Assembly: GCA_040954595.2 (NCBI GenBank)
Contig: CM082582.2
Span: forward strand, 4,882,303-4,946,302
Source of the DNA: Balanoglossus misakiensis
Lineage: Eukaryota > Animalia > Hemichordata
Length of the DNA stretch: 64,000 nucleotides
Reading direction: 5' to 3'
In this document: positions 1 to 17,112 of the stretch, piece by piece
How positions within the stretch are numbered: the stretch's first letter is position 1
How the letters are laid out: each line of letters starts with the position of its first letter
Made by a program: the position numbers and the translations under genes
Notes under the pieces: generated by a model
The model's input: only the letters and a program-made list of their open reading frames with translations
Databases searched by the model: none
Told to the model about the DNA's origin: nothing

Positions 1-91
1 CACATACAGATCAAATCATACATGCACATGACAAGACATGTAGTTCAGCTAATCTATGTCAGACAGTTTTGATACAACAGTCAATCCTTAC

Positions 92-3920
<3,829 letters not shown>

Positions 3921-6429
3921 TTACCTGTGAATACACTACAGATACACAACAAATGTTAGAGGAAAAAACTGATATACTGTTTACACAATACAGTACAAGC
4001 TTTGTATGAAAGTGGTATAGGGTCAATTGTCAGAATGACAATTTTCGAGTCTTAGACCTGGCAGAACTGTTTGACAAAATCAATAGTCACCTTAGGATGC
4101 TACTTTAACTTATAGTTTCATCAAAGTGACATTGACATCTTCGCCAGCCAAGGTCGCTTTGCTTTCCGAAAATTAGGGAGACCGTAATCGAGCTAAATGA
4201 CCTGTGCGAGCGGATGATGTGGCATTGATTGTTCTACCAACAGCAGTCATGTCACTTCAGAAATCTCTTCTTGAAAACTAATATTGACTGCCAATCATAA
4301 AACTATACTAGTCATTTTATCAGTGGCTTTTATGCAGTGTGATTGCAAAATGTACAAACATATGGTGTAAACCAATAGTTGGTTATTCTGTGCACGAGAT
4401 GGTAGAAGATACATCAGCCATCCTCCTGTATGATGCATTTACAAGATTGATAAATGAAATGCAAAGGAGGACAGGAAATATTATGTGGTTGTGATAATGT
4501 GACACATATGACTGCAAAATTTCCTCATAAATATTTTCAATTCAATAGGTACTGTAATTTGTCATATAATGACCTCTAAATAGACTTCGCACTCTGACTG
4601 TTATAACACCTGTTAATTATTGGTTGTCTGTTGAATGACAAACCACACATGTCACTGCCCCATAGTAAACAGAATGCTGACCTCTGACCCTAATGAAGTA
4701 TTAACTGGTTGTTTGTACATTGATATAAAGTCATCCATTGGAACTGCCTCATTGAGAGATTTTATTGATGTGTAAAATCTCGGAATGAAATTGTAGCACA
4801 TGTAAGCACACATGCCTGGTGAAACTTGATAGTCACAACAACAGCTGTCTATGTGACAGTGTCAATTGCAAAATTCTGTTAAATTTTGAGTAAAACAATG
4901 TATACTGATAAGAAACAGAACGTGTACCAGATAAAACGTTACCAGCATTAAAAATCATCATTTTCAACTGTGAGGATTGACTGACTGACAGGGAAGTAGG
5001 GGGACAGAAGTTATCTTCCTGGCCTGAAATAATGATTTGTGATTTTGTGTAACTATTAAAATTATATGCTACAAGCCATCACAATTATATGGAGCAACAG
5101 TCACTTTGATCAAACTTTGGAGTTCTACAATTTATATCAGAGGTTTTAAATAATCTGTTTCAAATAATCACATCATAGCATGCTAATTACATTTGTAATT
5201 TATGAATAATGGATACAACAGCTGTTCTTATCCTGGGTACCAGAATGCAAATAAATAAGCTTGATGAAGTTATTATTTGAGAGTCAAAATGTGACTGAAT
5301 ATGGATGGGAGAAGCCTGCTTTTTAGACAGAAATCAACCAACCACGTGGCGTGAGAAGCCCTAAGATACCATAAATAAAGATTAATGATATTGAATACAT
5401 TAAGTTTGTCATAAAATTTGGAATGTATTGTTTGCAGAGGTTTAAGGTCAACCCTGTCCTTCCTTTCAATGGCTATTAAACTCAGGGGTCAACTTTGAAT
5501 GCAGCCATTGTCCTCAATGTAGGCATATAACCTTAGATTGCAGAATTTAATTCGCCCATAATTCAGTTGCAGGGTCTCAAACTTTTGTAAGTCTGGCAAT
5601 TATCAGAACTTCAAAGACAACTTCAAAGACATTTTCAAATTCAAAAGCTGTTTTCAAATCTATATTCTAGCTCATATGCTAATCCATCTTGGGCTGGTGA
5701 ACACAATTTTCAATTTGAAAACTGACCCTGAGTTGATTAACTGGATTAAAACATTTCATTTAGATTGCAACAGCTGTTACATCAAATTACGTGTACAAAT
5801 GTACCATTTAGTAAAGCTAGATGAATTATGTTGCTCACTGTATACAAGTCAAGTTATAAACTCAAAGCATACTACCATAAATCTTGTTGTCTGACATCAA
5901 ACACTGGTTATTTAATTTAAATAACATATTAGATATTATACAAGATAAAAGCAGTCGCCATGTGTAAAGTCACTTGCTGAACTGTACTTTCTACAAATTT
6001 TGTGTGGGGTGACTGATGGACGCAGCTAGAATACACCCATGATCTGGAGGGTCTATAATGTTACTGTTAGATTAGGCCAGAAAGATTTTTTGGCACCATT
6101 ACCTCAGAACAGGATGGCACTGTTGCATACAGGTATGGTCATCTTGTTCTGTGGAATATTAAACTGTAATCATGCCAAATTTTGAAGTTGAATCTGCATT
6201 GAGATCACTGCTTCTAGTTCTACTTTTGCCTTTAATTGTTATTTTAAATAATAAGTGCCATTTAAATTCTGCAATGCAATTTCTACAACTGTTAGCAAGG
6301 TTGCTGTTTAGTATAGTTATCGGTTACTGCCTTCTTGTACCATGACAAAAAATCTATCGTTTGAAAATAATATTTGTGTGTGTTTCTATCCTGTGTATAA
6401 TGAACTTACATTTCAAACGACATCTGATC

Positions 6430-7130
6430 ACAATGCAGACAGCGTGTGTGAACAAGTCGACAACTAAACCCGGAAGTAACACGTAATTTAACAACTTACC
6501 CAGTAAGTCTTTTAAACGTCACTTTTCTTCCACTATGCAGGAGATTTATACTAGTTTAGACAAAGGGAAGTAGTTCCCATGTTTCAAGTCTTTCTAGAAC
6601 GGAAAGAACGTCCTCGAATTTATCATAGCATAAGCATCGTTTGATCATTGACTTCGATGAAACTTGACGAGGAAGGAGGTCGGGTTTCACTTGGTAAAAA
6701 CTGACATTCCATGTACCTGATGAATCGCCGTTTGTTTCTGTAGTCTAGATCGACAATTTGTGGTCGCGCTCTGCGTGCATTTCCGTGTGTGATACTGCGA
6801 CGGAGTCCGAAAATGACCAGTTAGTAATCTTTGCTTACGTGTCTCATAATATGCCATTCACAGAATTAACTCGCGCGAGTGTGCCAACGTCATTTCCGGA
6901 TGCAGACGACATAGGTCATAGGTCAGGGGTCAACTTTAACCAGCTGGGAATCCATTCAGTTCAGGGTGGATTTGAAATCCAATTGGATGTGTGAATTACC
7001 AGAAGGTTTTAATTCAGAGAATCGGTCCAACGTGTCACTTATTCCCATACCATGACAGACAAATTCTGTGGCCCTACCAACACAATCATGACCCGCCCAG
7101 ATACGAATTAAAGGTTGATACGTGTGAAGT
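6430..7130. promoter_or_regulatory. Probable bidirectional promoter and 5'UTR-exon region between PQLC1 and TIMM21
   Basis: Locally CpG-rich. ETS-type CCGGAAGT near 6470, minus-strand splice donor near 6498. Lies between two divergent genes whose first coding exons are both preceded by acceptors. Confidence 0.5.
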
Positions 7131-7680
7131 GTCGCCTGAATCTGATTCCGATGTGATGTTGATTGCCGTGGGAAGAAACGGGATCGGCTGTTGAATGTTG
7201 TTGTGCATGTGTGTGATGCACTTTCCATGAACAGAGCCAGGGGTATGCAAAAGTTTAAGTATAATTAAGGCTTGTTTAGTTATCATGCTGACACACTCTT
7301 GGTTGCTATGGATTCTACCTTTCAGCACTGCCATACATGATACACGCTTGTTGCTATCTGTTGCATGATGCTGCATGTGCGTGCACACCGTGTCCTCACC
7401 TGAATGGACGCATGCACGCACAGGCCATCTGCATGCAAACTTTAACAGGCACTGGAATTTGTAACTTAATTGAGATCTTTTCAAGATTATAACACACACT
7501 GGAATAGCTGTGGAGACCTCACTTTGCTGAGGCAGTGTAAGCTGCGCTCATTGAGTGGTTGCATGCTTCCATGTGACAGTGACCCCTCAATGACCTCATG
7601 CATGCAATAATACACCACCTCAGCTAACACCTGAAGAGAGAGTCATGAAGAAGGCTGTAATGTGGACTGTACCGTTGGAC

Positions 7681-7751
7681 TTAACCCTTTCACCCATCCT
7701 TCCTGTAGAAAACAGTGGGTTTGGACTGAACCATGGTGGTGAAAGGGTTAA
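7681..7751. mobile_element. Internally deleted copy of the TTAA/CCCTTTCACC MITE
   Basis: TTAACCCTTTCACC...GGTGAAAGGGTTAA. Confidence 0.75.
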
Positions 7752-8051
7752 GGCAAAGCATTAAAGCTACACGTCACCAGGTGTATCTGAGTGTTCTAAA
7801 GAACATATGGTGGCAGCTCTTTTTTGTGTGTGGTCCACCCACTGAAAATCTGTGATTGGCTTGATCTCAATTTACCATGGTAACTGTAGTTAAATTTGCA
7901 TAGGTGACATGTGCAGGCAGCGGTGAGCACATGTTGCTGTTTGTGAATCATCATATGAATTATCTCTTTTTCTTACAGATTCTGCAACGGATTGAGGCTT
8001 ACATTTATTCATGGATTTAGCGTTCTCTGATTTTTAACATGGTCATGTAGG

Positions 8052-10428
8052 ATGCTCGCAATGTCCGGCATAATGTCTCTACATCTTCATCGACTTTGTC
8101 CAGCTGCCAAGTACACCAAACTTTACAGGCTACTTCATACAAACTCATGGCAACTAAACCAAGTGCTGTCCAGCATACACAATGTACCAGTAATTGTTCG
8201 CTGCAGTAGTCGTTGCACAGATCTGCATGGACGTACCATAGATCAAGACCTCTGCAGGGAAAGGTTTCATTGTCAACTGAATACCCTGATATCATGTAGA
8301 CAGTACACCACTGAACAGTCTAGAAAGAAAGATGCTGTCGGAAGCTATTATCATAAAGAAGATACCCAGTTATCAACAGCCAAGAAAGGTGCGTAAAATT
8401 AACATCAACCTCATTCAAGCATGTGTGATTTTGGACAGTCAGTGTGACAGATCACTTTCTTGATGCAGGAAGGCAAATGGTTCTCGATGCACATGCTCAT
8501 GGACTATGTTTTCTGGACATGTATATCCAGTTATATTATTTGCTTTAGGTAATTTTTTGACAGTTTTCCTTTCATCTCAAAAATCTTGAAAGTTAACTGA
8601 TAATGCAGTCTTTTGTCAGTCTTGCATTCATATTATACAAAGCGGTCATGAAATATATCTTTTACAAGCAGACATGTATTGGAAATTTTTGTCAAAATGA
8701 ATACTATACAGTTGCTTTTTTGGAAGTGAGCATTATTTGAGTTTTTGCATTTTTATGTCACACAGTTGTTGAAACCAGCAAGACTGTATCTTATATTGGA
8801 ATAGTATTGATTGGCATTGGTGTAACAGGTGAGTTCACTTAGCAAAATTTTTCAAAAATTATTTAATCAGAATCACAATCAAACATCAATAAAATGTAGT
8901 GCCTTCTCATAATAGGATTCCTTAACAAAAGAATAGCAACATTCATGTACGTAGATACAAACAGAATATACATTAAATGTACTGGTTCATATGTATTGAC
9001 ATACTGGTATACAAGTCTAACCATGAGGGCATACACTACATGTACCGTGTTTACTCACAAATTGAACTGTAGAGGGTGCTATACACTGACATTTCCAAAC
9101 ACCTGAATGTGGGAAAGTTTATGTATAGACGAAACAACTGCAGTGTTTCAGCTTTTTCCAAATCTTTGTATACAGGTCTTATGTTTTTCACCATTGGAAA
9201 GGAGTTGTTCTCAACCAACAGTCCCAATGTGATCTACACAAATGCTTTGAAATTGTGCAAGTCAGATGAAAGGGTAAGGATTAATATTATCATTACATTA
9301 AATTGTCAGTAATTATTAAAAACAACTATTTGCGGAGACAGATTGAAACAAACCTGAAAATGAGCAACAAATTCAAGGATGCCTTGATATGCATGCATAT
9401 AATGTTTTATTTAAAACTTATAATTGAATTGTGACTTGTAAATATAAGTGCAATCATTTACCAAAAGGGTAAACATGAGTACCATGTATGGAAGGTAATT
9501 GTTATTTAGCAAAATTAGCACACATTACTCTCAGGGTAAATGAAACTTTTATATTGTCAAACAACAGGTGATTGACGCTGTAGGTGAACCAATCAAAGGT
9601 TTTGGTGAGACCACTAGGAGGGGATGGAGAAAACATGTCAGGTTGGTAATACAAATCTATCATTGGCCTTGTTTCAGCTGTGGTTTCACTTAGATTAGAA
9701 AACCTCTAAGCATTATCTTAATGTATGTGTGACATCATATTTGTTGTAGAAAACACAACCTGGCTTGTTTATGCAGTGCTTTTAATATTTCCAGGGAAAA
9801 TTTATGCAAATGAGCTGATCACATGCAACCAGCATGATAGGTCTCTTGAACTTGAATATTTAACAACAGATATTTTCAAACAGTCTGTATTCTGCATATG
9901 CTCATGTATGTATGCACAAAAATGAATTTCAACCATCATTACCTTGTTGCCAGCTGTAAATACATTGTAAATGCAGTGTTCTACTTGAGCATGAGTAACT
10001 GCAGTTTAGAATTTTCAAACTATACCTGTAGATAGTGTTACATTTTAAAACCAACGTCGCATCTTAAATAGTAAAGTGTGAATTCAAAACCACCATGGTA
10101 TAAAATCATGTGATTTGAATTTTTTTTTTTTTTCAGTCATTTAGAATATGAAAAAGATGGTCATAAGTTCATGAGAATGAAGTTTTATATACAAGGACGT
10201 TACAGAAAAGGAACAGTCAATGTTGAGATGAAAAAGGTACTTCCAGATTAGACAAGTTCATGAATTTTTTTTTTTTTTAATGTGCATAGTGTTCTCGTAG
10301 AACATTCATTTCTCATTAAGTTTTCATTTTCCTTTCAGAATGAGTATGGTGTGTATGACTATAGATATTTGTTTGTGGATCTGTCAGGATATCCCCAATT
10401 GACCATTGTCATCAAAGATCAGAGATAA
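8052..10428 (+). CDS. TIMM21: Mitochondrial import inner membrane translocase subunit Tim21. Exons 8052-8388, 8766-8828, 9176-9273, 9568-9641, 10137-10236, 10339-10428
   Basis: Basic presequence-like N-terminus, single TM (SYIGIVLIGIGVTGLMFF), then ELFSTNSPNVIY, GEPIKGFGETTRRGWRKHVS, MKFYIQG..KGTV and YDYRYLFVD..GYP motifs. All junctions are in-frame GT-AG. Confidence 0.95.
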
Positions 10429-10763
10429 ACAAGCCATACCCAGGACTCAAAACAGAATCAGGATTTCCCACAAAAACCTCACAAAGATTGCATCAGAACC
10501 TTGTTATACAACACAGAACATTTTAATCCACATTAGCGTTGTCTGAATTCTGAATAGGAGATTTTGTAAAGAAATATGCATATAATTGTGCCGAAGGCTA
10601 CCGAAGAAAATTATCTTGATTTCCCAGAATGAGACAGCATTTGATGATCTATATCTAATACATGTAGATGACTTCTGCTCATTGCGAGATCTTGCAAGAT
10701 TTGGTTAATTACCATAGGAACACGCTGGTAGTGATAGCCAAGTAATACAAGCCAAGCTTTGTA

Positions 10764-11111
10764 TTAAAGGGACAAAGTCTCTCTATCGCTGCCCTTTTTT
10801 CCATTAATTATATTTGATACAAGACACTGTTTGTTATTCTACATGTGGATATATAGTGAATCAACGTTCAACCACACACAAATCCCTCTTATAGACAGGA
10901 GAGTGAAAAAAATCGCCAAAATGAATTATCATTCTTTACCATTTATTTCTTTTTGGGCGCGTTTTTACTCTCATATTATACAAGTGGGATGGAAGTTTTG
11001 TGTGGTTGATCATTGATTCACTATATATCCACATGTAGAATAACAAAGTGTCTTGTATCAAACATAATTAATGGAAAAAAGGGCAGCGAGAGAGAGACTT
11101 TGTCCCTTTAA
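10764..11111. mobile_element. TTAA-flanked non-autonomous DNA transposon with ~100-bp TIRs (Kolobok/piggyBac-type target)
   Basis: TTAA-AGGGACAAAGTCTCTCT... and ...AGAGAGACTTTGTCCCT-TTAA, with long near-perfect inverted arms. Partial second copy at ~44917-45130. Confidence 0.85.
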
Positions 11112-12263
11112 ACTAGAATAGATGCGGAGTTTAACAAAAATTATGACTTCCGTGCTGTTTAACACGATGGGCCATATGTTGCTTGTCCTGAGTTACATGA
11201 GAATGTCCAACCATATGAAACTGCCAAGCCATATGAGATCTTGTAGGGTCTCGTGGAGTTCGGAAAATGGTCTATTACGATGAATTTATGTAATTCTGGC
11301 CGTATCTGATAATTATACCTACATGGAGACATTCCTGGGGAGACATCCTGAGGGTTGGCCATCATTATTTTCAATGACATACATTAGCAATGGTAGCCAC
11401 TGTAGAGTTTTGAAATCAAATGCAGAATATGAAACCCCAGTGTGAGGGGTCACGGCAGATCATGAATTCATGTACATTAAATTGAATAAATAAACAAACA
11501 CAACATTCACAGTAACTTGGTACTTCATTGCTCAATTTGGAGAGAAGCATGATTATTGAATTTTATACATTAAAATAATATAAATTTGAAATGGCAATGT
11601 CTTATTTATTTAAATGACGACACTGCAACGCAGGAATGTTACATTGGTTACAGAATGGAATTATCCTTGTAAACATGGTAATATGGACCAGCTGTGGCAT
11701 TGTGTATTCCTGATTTGGCAAACATTATGTTTACAATATGATCCTATCATAACAGCTTGTATGGTAAAAAAAAAACATTGAACCCAAATAGAAATGAAAC
11801 AAAATTATCATCTTTTTGTAATTTTCTGAGATAATCATTTCACTGCATGTGCAGAGACACACTAGACCCTATATGGAATTCATCATGCAGCTGTAGGAAA
11901 AACTAGATAATAGGAAATTGTTCATAGCCTGCAAAAGTACCAGGGAGTATGGCCTTGATACTGGAATAGTTAAGAAGGTGACCTTCACATCAAAAACATT
12001 CCTGGTACAATTTGCATAATGCTGTGCAAGTTGTTTGTTTTCATCATGCCATAATAGGCTGCAAGGACCAAAGAAGAACGGTGTTCATGGACATCCATTT
12101 TTATCCAGAGATCAGATGATTTTGATAGTGGAAGTGTGCCAGGTTTTATGCACTTCTGCGAACATGAAGTTTGGAAAATTTCACTGTAGGCATTAACGGT
12201 CTTGGAAAATTTAGAGTCCATAATTAATGCTCTCATATGAGATACACATACATGCACATGGTT

Positions 12264-12326
12264 CACATACATACATGTACATACATACATACATACATAC
12301 ATACATACATACATACATACATACAT
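12264..12326. repeat. (TACA)n microsatellite
   Basis: Direct reading. Confidence 0.95.
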
Positions 12327-13598
12327 TGTACATACATTGTACATGCATGTATACTTTACATGCAAACACACACACATAACTGGTATTTTGTCGACAGTTT
12401 TAAGTTGAACAATGACTTATATTTCGCATAAAGACACCAAGAACATTAAATCAGATTGAAAATGTACAAAATCATGTTTATTACTTAGGTTTGCTGAAGT
12501 AAACCTTGTTGAAAAATATTTACATCTTTTTACATTGATCAAGAAGAATCAAGAAAATCATCTTTGAGACTTATCTACATCTTGAAATAAATCAAACTTT
12601 TAATAAATATTTAATTGGTTGCACTATAATAATATGCATTCCCTCCATTTTCTTGTCTACATTAAAATCTACAGAAATCATAAAGAAATCATACACTCTC
12701 TTCTTCTATGTCTGGAAGGACAAGAAGCATATATACAATGAGAAAAGTGCAAGAAAATACAGCGACATGTTTGCATGCTAAATGCCAGGCAATAAAATGT
12801 TATTGATACGTTGAGTGAAAGAAAATGTACAAAACAATGTTTTGCTGGCAGGAAGCACTGCCTCTTGTACCTGTGAAGTGACAAAATCATGTAGCTGTAT
12901 TCAAGATGATTATGATCAAGAATTTGTCTAAAAATAAAAATCACTGCTACGGACAAGGCTGTTGATCTGGTTATAAATACATACAGGGAATAGTCATTGT
13001 GTACAAAATATAAATTTCCAGATTAAACTTACAAAAGTATACATTTGTACTTTGTTAATTCTCAATTTGCAATCAACTGGCAAGGACATCAAATATGTTA
13101 CTTTGTGATACTGGAAAAAAAATATGTCAATAATCAGGAAGAAGATATCATTCTGAACATAAATACAAAAGTGATTTGTTTTTGGAATGTAGTGCTTTGT
13201 ATAAACTCACTTTCAAATGAAACATTTAAAATCAATACATATCTTACAAGTACATGCATAAGGTCTAATATTGATGTGGAATATTGTTGATCCACATCTG
13301 ACGAAACTTTTCCTGATTACAGGATGTCTGTTTCTCTGTGGGTATCTGAAAAACTGCTACATAAATTATACATAAATTAAAGATGTTGTGGTAACAGATT
13401 GATGAACTGATGGCTGTCTCCGTACATGGTAAGTGCACATTCAATGAACATAAATACAATCTCTATGCAGGCAGCGGAACTGGACGGTCTAATCACTCAA
13501 TATCAAAAAGCCAAATTTCTCCCTCAAATAAACTAGCAAGTGTTTTCAAGATTCACATGATATGGTATCTGATCAAGTGACATGAAATTATTGTTTAA

Positions 13599-13691
13599 TT
13601 AACCCTTTCACCCCCAGTTCCCTCTTTAGAGGTCCAACCTTACCATAGAAAACTATGGGTTTGGACTGAACCACAGTGGTGAAAGGGTCAA
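13599..13691. mobile_element. TTAA/CCCTTTCACC MITE copy just downstream of the TMEM231 stop codon
   Basis: Same termini and core as 1668-1760, in the opposite orientation. Confidence 0.75.
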
Positions 13692-13752
13692 TAGACCTCT
13701 TTTGTTGAGATGTGAAAATATCACTGAAGTCTTGAGTTCACTCGTGATATGT

Positions 13753-16690
13753 TCAGTCCACATGTGCTTTGTGAGGCGCATCAAATCTTGGGGTCACCTG
13801 GGCTGTCAAGACAATCTTGTTCTTGAAGACGAAGGTCTTGATTCGCTCAAAGAGGAAGACGAAGATCAGCAGAATGGCCACGTATTGCACCCAGCCCCAT
13901 TTGATAAGCTCCCAGAATCCAGAGTAGTATCTGAGACAGCTGTTAAGGAATCTCGGATTAACTCAGAAACAAATGCTAAGTGCAAATAAATCTGGTTAAC
14001 TTTTCATTTGCATTTTTCTACTACAACTCTGACAAGTTTCTGAAATACATCACCATGGCTGCAAGGAAATATTTCACAAAGCTACAGATAAATGTAAATC
14101 TGACCTCCCTTCAATTATTCTAGTTTCATCAATACAGATTATGAATGTACTTCTGTTTATCTATTTTGTTCAATCAAAACTTCAGCTGTACCGTAGTTGT
14201 GGCATTGTGTGTTCATTTGTCTCATATTCTGAGCAATCAGAATCCAGAGCCAAAGTTTTATATAAGGCTACATGTATGTGGGTAAGTCAATGGGAAATAT
14301 TATCAAGATGCATACACCACATCATAGTATCCCCTTAGGATATCCTTATAATAGACATTCTAAGTGGCCCTGGCTTAAAATGGAACGTGTTGCTACAAAG
14401 ACAAAATAATGGTAAGGATACAAGATGGTTTCTTCGGGGTATCTCACAGATGCATCAATGTAGAACGGTTGACCTGATGCCTTGCCACTCACCCACACTG
14501 GGTATTCACCTGTGTATATGGTACTTACTACAAACAAAAGACAAAACAAAATTATTGCTTTCAAAAAACAACAACATAGAAATGGAAACCACTGACTAGG
14601 CATACAAGGCTGATTTTTATACATGTGCTAGCTTTTCGGTTCACTCAAGTTCAGGTATTCAGGAAAAGTCATTTTCGCTACCTGTAAATACAACTTTGAA
14701 TTTAAAAAAAAAACAATCTATCTAAAACAAACCTATTACTCACCATTTCTATCCAGATACTGTTTGAATATATTAGTAAGCTGGTAATCTTCTGCAAAAA
14801 TGCTGTCACCATTGATAACAGGATACTGTGGAGAAAACATACATGGTTAGAAGGGTGTGTCTAAGTCCTTTTTATCGAGTGGCCACTCTGACTGGCTAGA
14901 TCTCAACCCTTCATGGTAACTGTCACTAAGTTTGCATAGGTGACTCTGTTGTAAATGCTTGGGTTTGACTTCACTACTACATTCTCTAAGCATTAAGAAC
15001 TGACTTACATTAAATCGGGTATCTGTGCCTCTGTGGTTTAGTGGGAATTTCTGCTTAAACCTAAGTTCACCATCAACGGTGAGCTGAGCTCCAGGTCTTG
15101 GTGAGTTGTAATGAACGTATGCCATGCTCTCCATAATTAGACTTGTAAACCTCTGTTGAGATAATAAAGAGAAACATGACATTTTCTACCTAGAAGACTG
15201 ACATAAGCATAGGTATAGTTTGACTTGAACATTTGTTGACAATGACCAATGGCAATAAGTGTTACTAAAACCGAGCAGCAATACCAAACAGTATGACAAA
15301 CTGGGTTCACTGTTCCAAATGATACAGAATATTTTTGTCTCGAGAAATCACTCATAGTGCTAGTGATTAGTCCTGGGCTACATTTTTATGTCTGTCAAAA
15401 ACAAAACAAAACAAAACAAAACAGGTAATTGTGACAGTGTGCTATGCAAGTGGAAAACCAGACGTAAAATACACCCTGCCCCATCAAAACGTTATTCATT
15501 GAAAACAAAGATGCATGTACTCACATAAAGTTTGAACTCCACAATCAGAAGGAGATGGACAGAATAGACACTTTCTGTATCCAACATTGGGGTTTCTATG
15601 TTGACTTGTAATCTGTCAGCTTTGCCATCTCTGTTTTCATCAACTTCTCTCGACTGTGAAAAAATAACATACATACCATAATCATCATAAAAATATTTTA
15701 CTATTTTAGTTCTAGAAGACGTACATGTAAGATTAGTCCTGGGTGTGTGTATGAATGTGGGTCAGCGTTTGGGAGATCGGGAGGAGAATTAAATTACATG
15801 CATGATTTTGGGTCAAACCTCATTGACTATTTTCTCTGAAGTTGGCAGTGTCTCCAAATTCTGATGTAATTCTGCAAACCAGTTATTTTGTCCATATCAA
15901 GAAGGATAAAATCCACAGAAGAAGATACAAACCTTAACAATTGGTATTCGAAGTCTATCTTGATTCAACATATTGTAATTATGGTAAGTACTCCACGTGA
16001 TGTATTCTGTAGCAGTGGCACCTTCCAAGACCATCAATATTTGATGTTTATAATGAATATCTCCTTGTTCTCTGTATACACTGTTCTTAACCCAGAAACC
16101 TAATCATGACAAAACACATGCGAGTTAGTATTTTCATCAGTCCTACCATGGAGCTAGAAAGACTAAGTCCTACCATATCATGTGACTTTATTCGTATGAT
16201 GGACGAGCAAACTTTAAACCCTACATGTACATTTCTACCCTGGTCTCTTCACCCCAGAGGACGGGAAAACAGACGATGCTGTGATGCTGTGCCACAGTCT
16301 TCTTCATGAGCAGTTGTGGCTCAAGACAACACGCATTGAGCACATGTTATTGGTGCAGTGGTGACAATCTAGTACATATAGCAACTGGTATAATTTACAG
16401 TAGTAGTGTATTGGTGGTGGCCGGTGGTGCTACCGCCGGTTGCGTTACCATGGCAAAACTATGCAAGAGTTACTTGCAGCTGAACGGTGGTGTATGCGTG
16501 TACAGATCAGTTGTGGGCCACACTATGAACGATACGGATGTAAATACCCACCTTCACTTGTGTACGCTATCAGGAACGGTGCAATAATTGTCAGCAACGC
16601 TACTATAAGTGCAAATATCGATGCTTTAGTACAGATACTTGTTCTGTATCTAACCACGACTGGGTGATTATACACTTCGTAGACAGCCAT
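13753..16690 (-). CDS. TMEM231: Ciliary transition-zone protein TMEM231. Exons 16690-16552, 16099-15933, 15653-15525, 15152-15009, 14825-14744, 14527-14422, 13930-13753
   Basis: MAVYEVYNHPVVVRYRTSICTKAS..PFLIAY..GFWVK...YREQ; SREVDENRDGK; GELRFKQKFPL; C-terminal YYSGFWELIKWGWVQYVAILLIF. Seven exons join in frame. Confidence 0.95.
13931..14421 (-). other. U12-type (minor spliceosome) GT-AG intron, last intron of TMEM231
   Basis: 5' site GTATCCTT at 14421-14414. Branch site TTCCTTAAC at 13950-13942, 11 nt upstream of the next exon. No polypyrimidine tract. Confidence 0.9.
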
Positions 16691-17112
16691 TTTGATTTTT
16701 GAGCCAAAACATTTCGGCTCGAACAAGGTGGCCAAACTTGTACACCTCATTAGTTGATAGTAATGTATATTTTTGAAACCAAAATCATTTTGGTACAGTA
16801 AATCATTACATATATATTTTGAAATAAAATTTCTCTCATTATTACTAAAATAAATAACACTATTATTTACAAATCATTACAGCAATCTGTACGAGGCCGT
16901 TTATCTCTCTGGGCCTCGCGAGATCTCGTTGTTCAGGGCGGAGCTATGACATCATTGGGTCAGCTGGAGGAAATCCCTTGATCACATGATACAAACAAAA
17001 CTGGGAAAACAATTACGCCACAGTCGCACCGCAAAGTAAACAGAGAAGTGCGACACTTTTGTTGTGCAACAACTTGGAAAAAATCGCACACAGTTAAAAT
17101 CGTCTTAGGAAA
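16691..17112. promoter_or_regulatory. Bidirectional promoter TMEM231 / GABARAPL2 copy 1
   Basis: Start codons are only ~420 bp apart, head to head. CCTCGCGAGA (near the TCTCGCGAGA palindrome) at ~16914 and GC-box GGGCGG at ~16936. Confidence 0.7.

Noticed and set aside
16444-16457. RFX X-box-like GTTACCATGGCAAA in TMEM231 intron 1
   Set aside because: Plausible for a ciliary gene, but it has a terminal mismatch, may be part of a MITE remnant, and similar words occur in a dispersed repeat (~7871, ~23477, ~42320).
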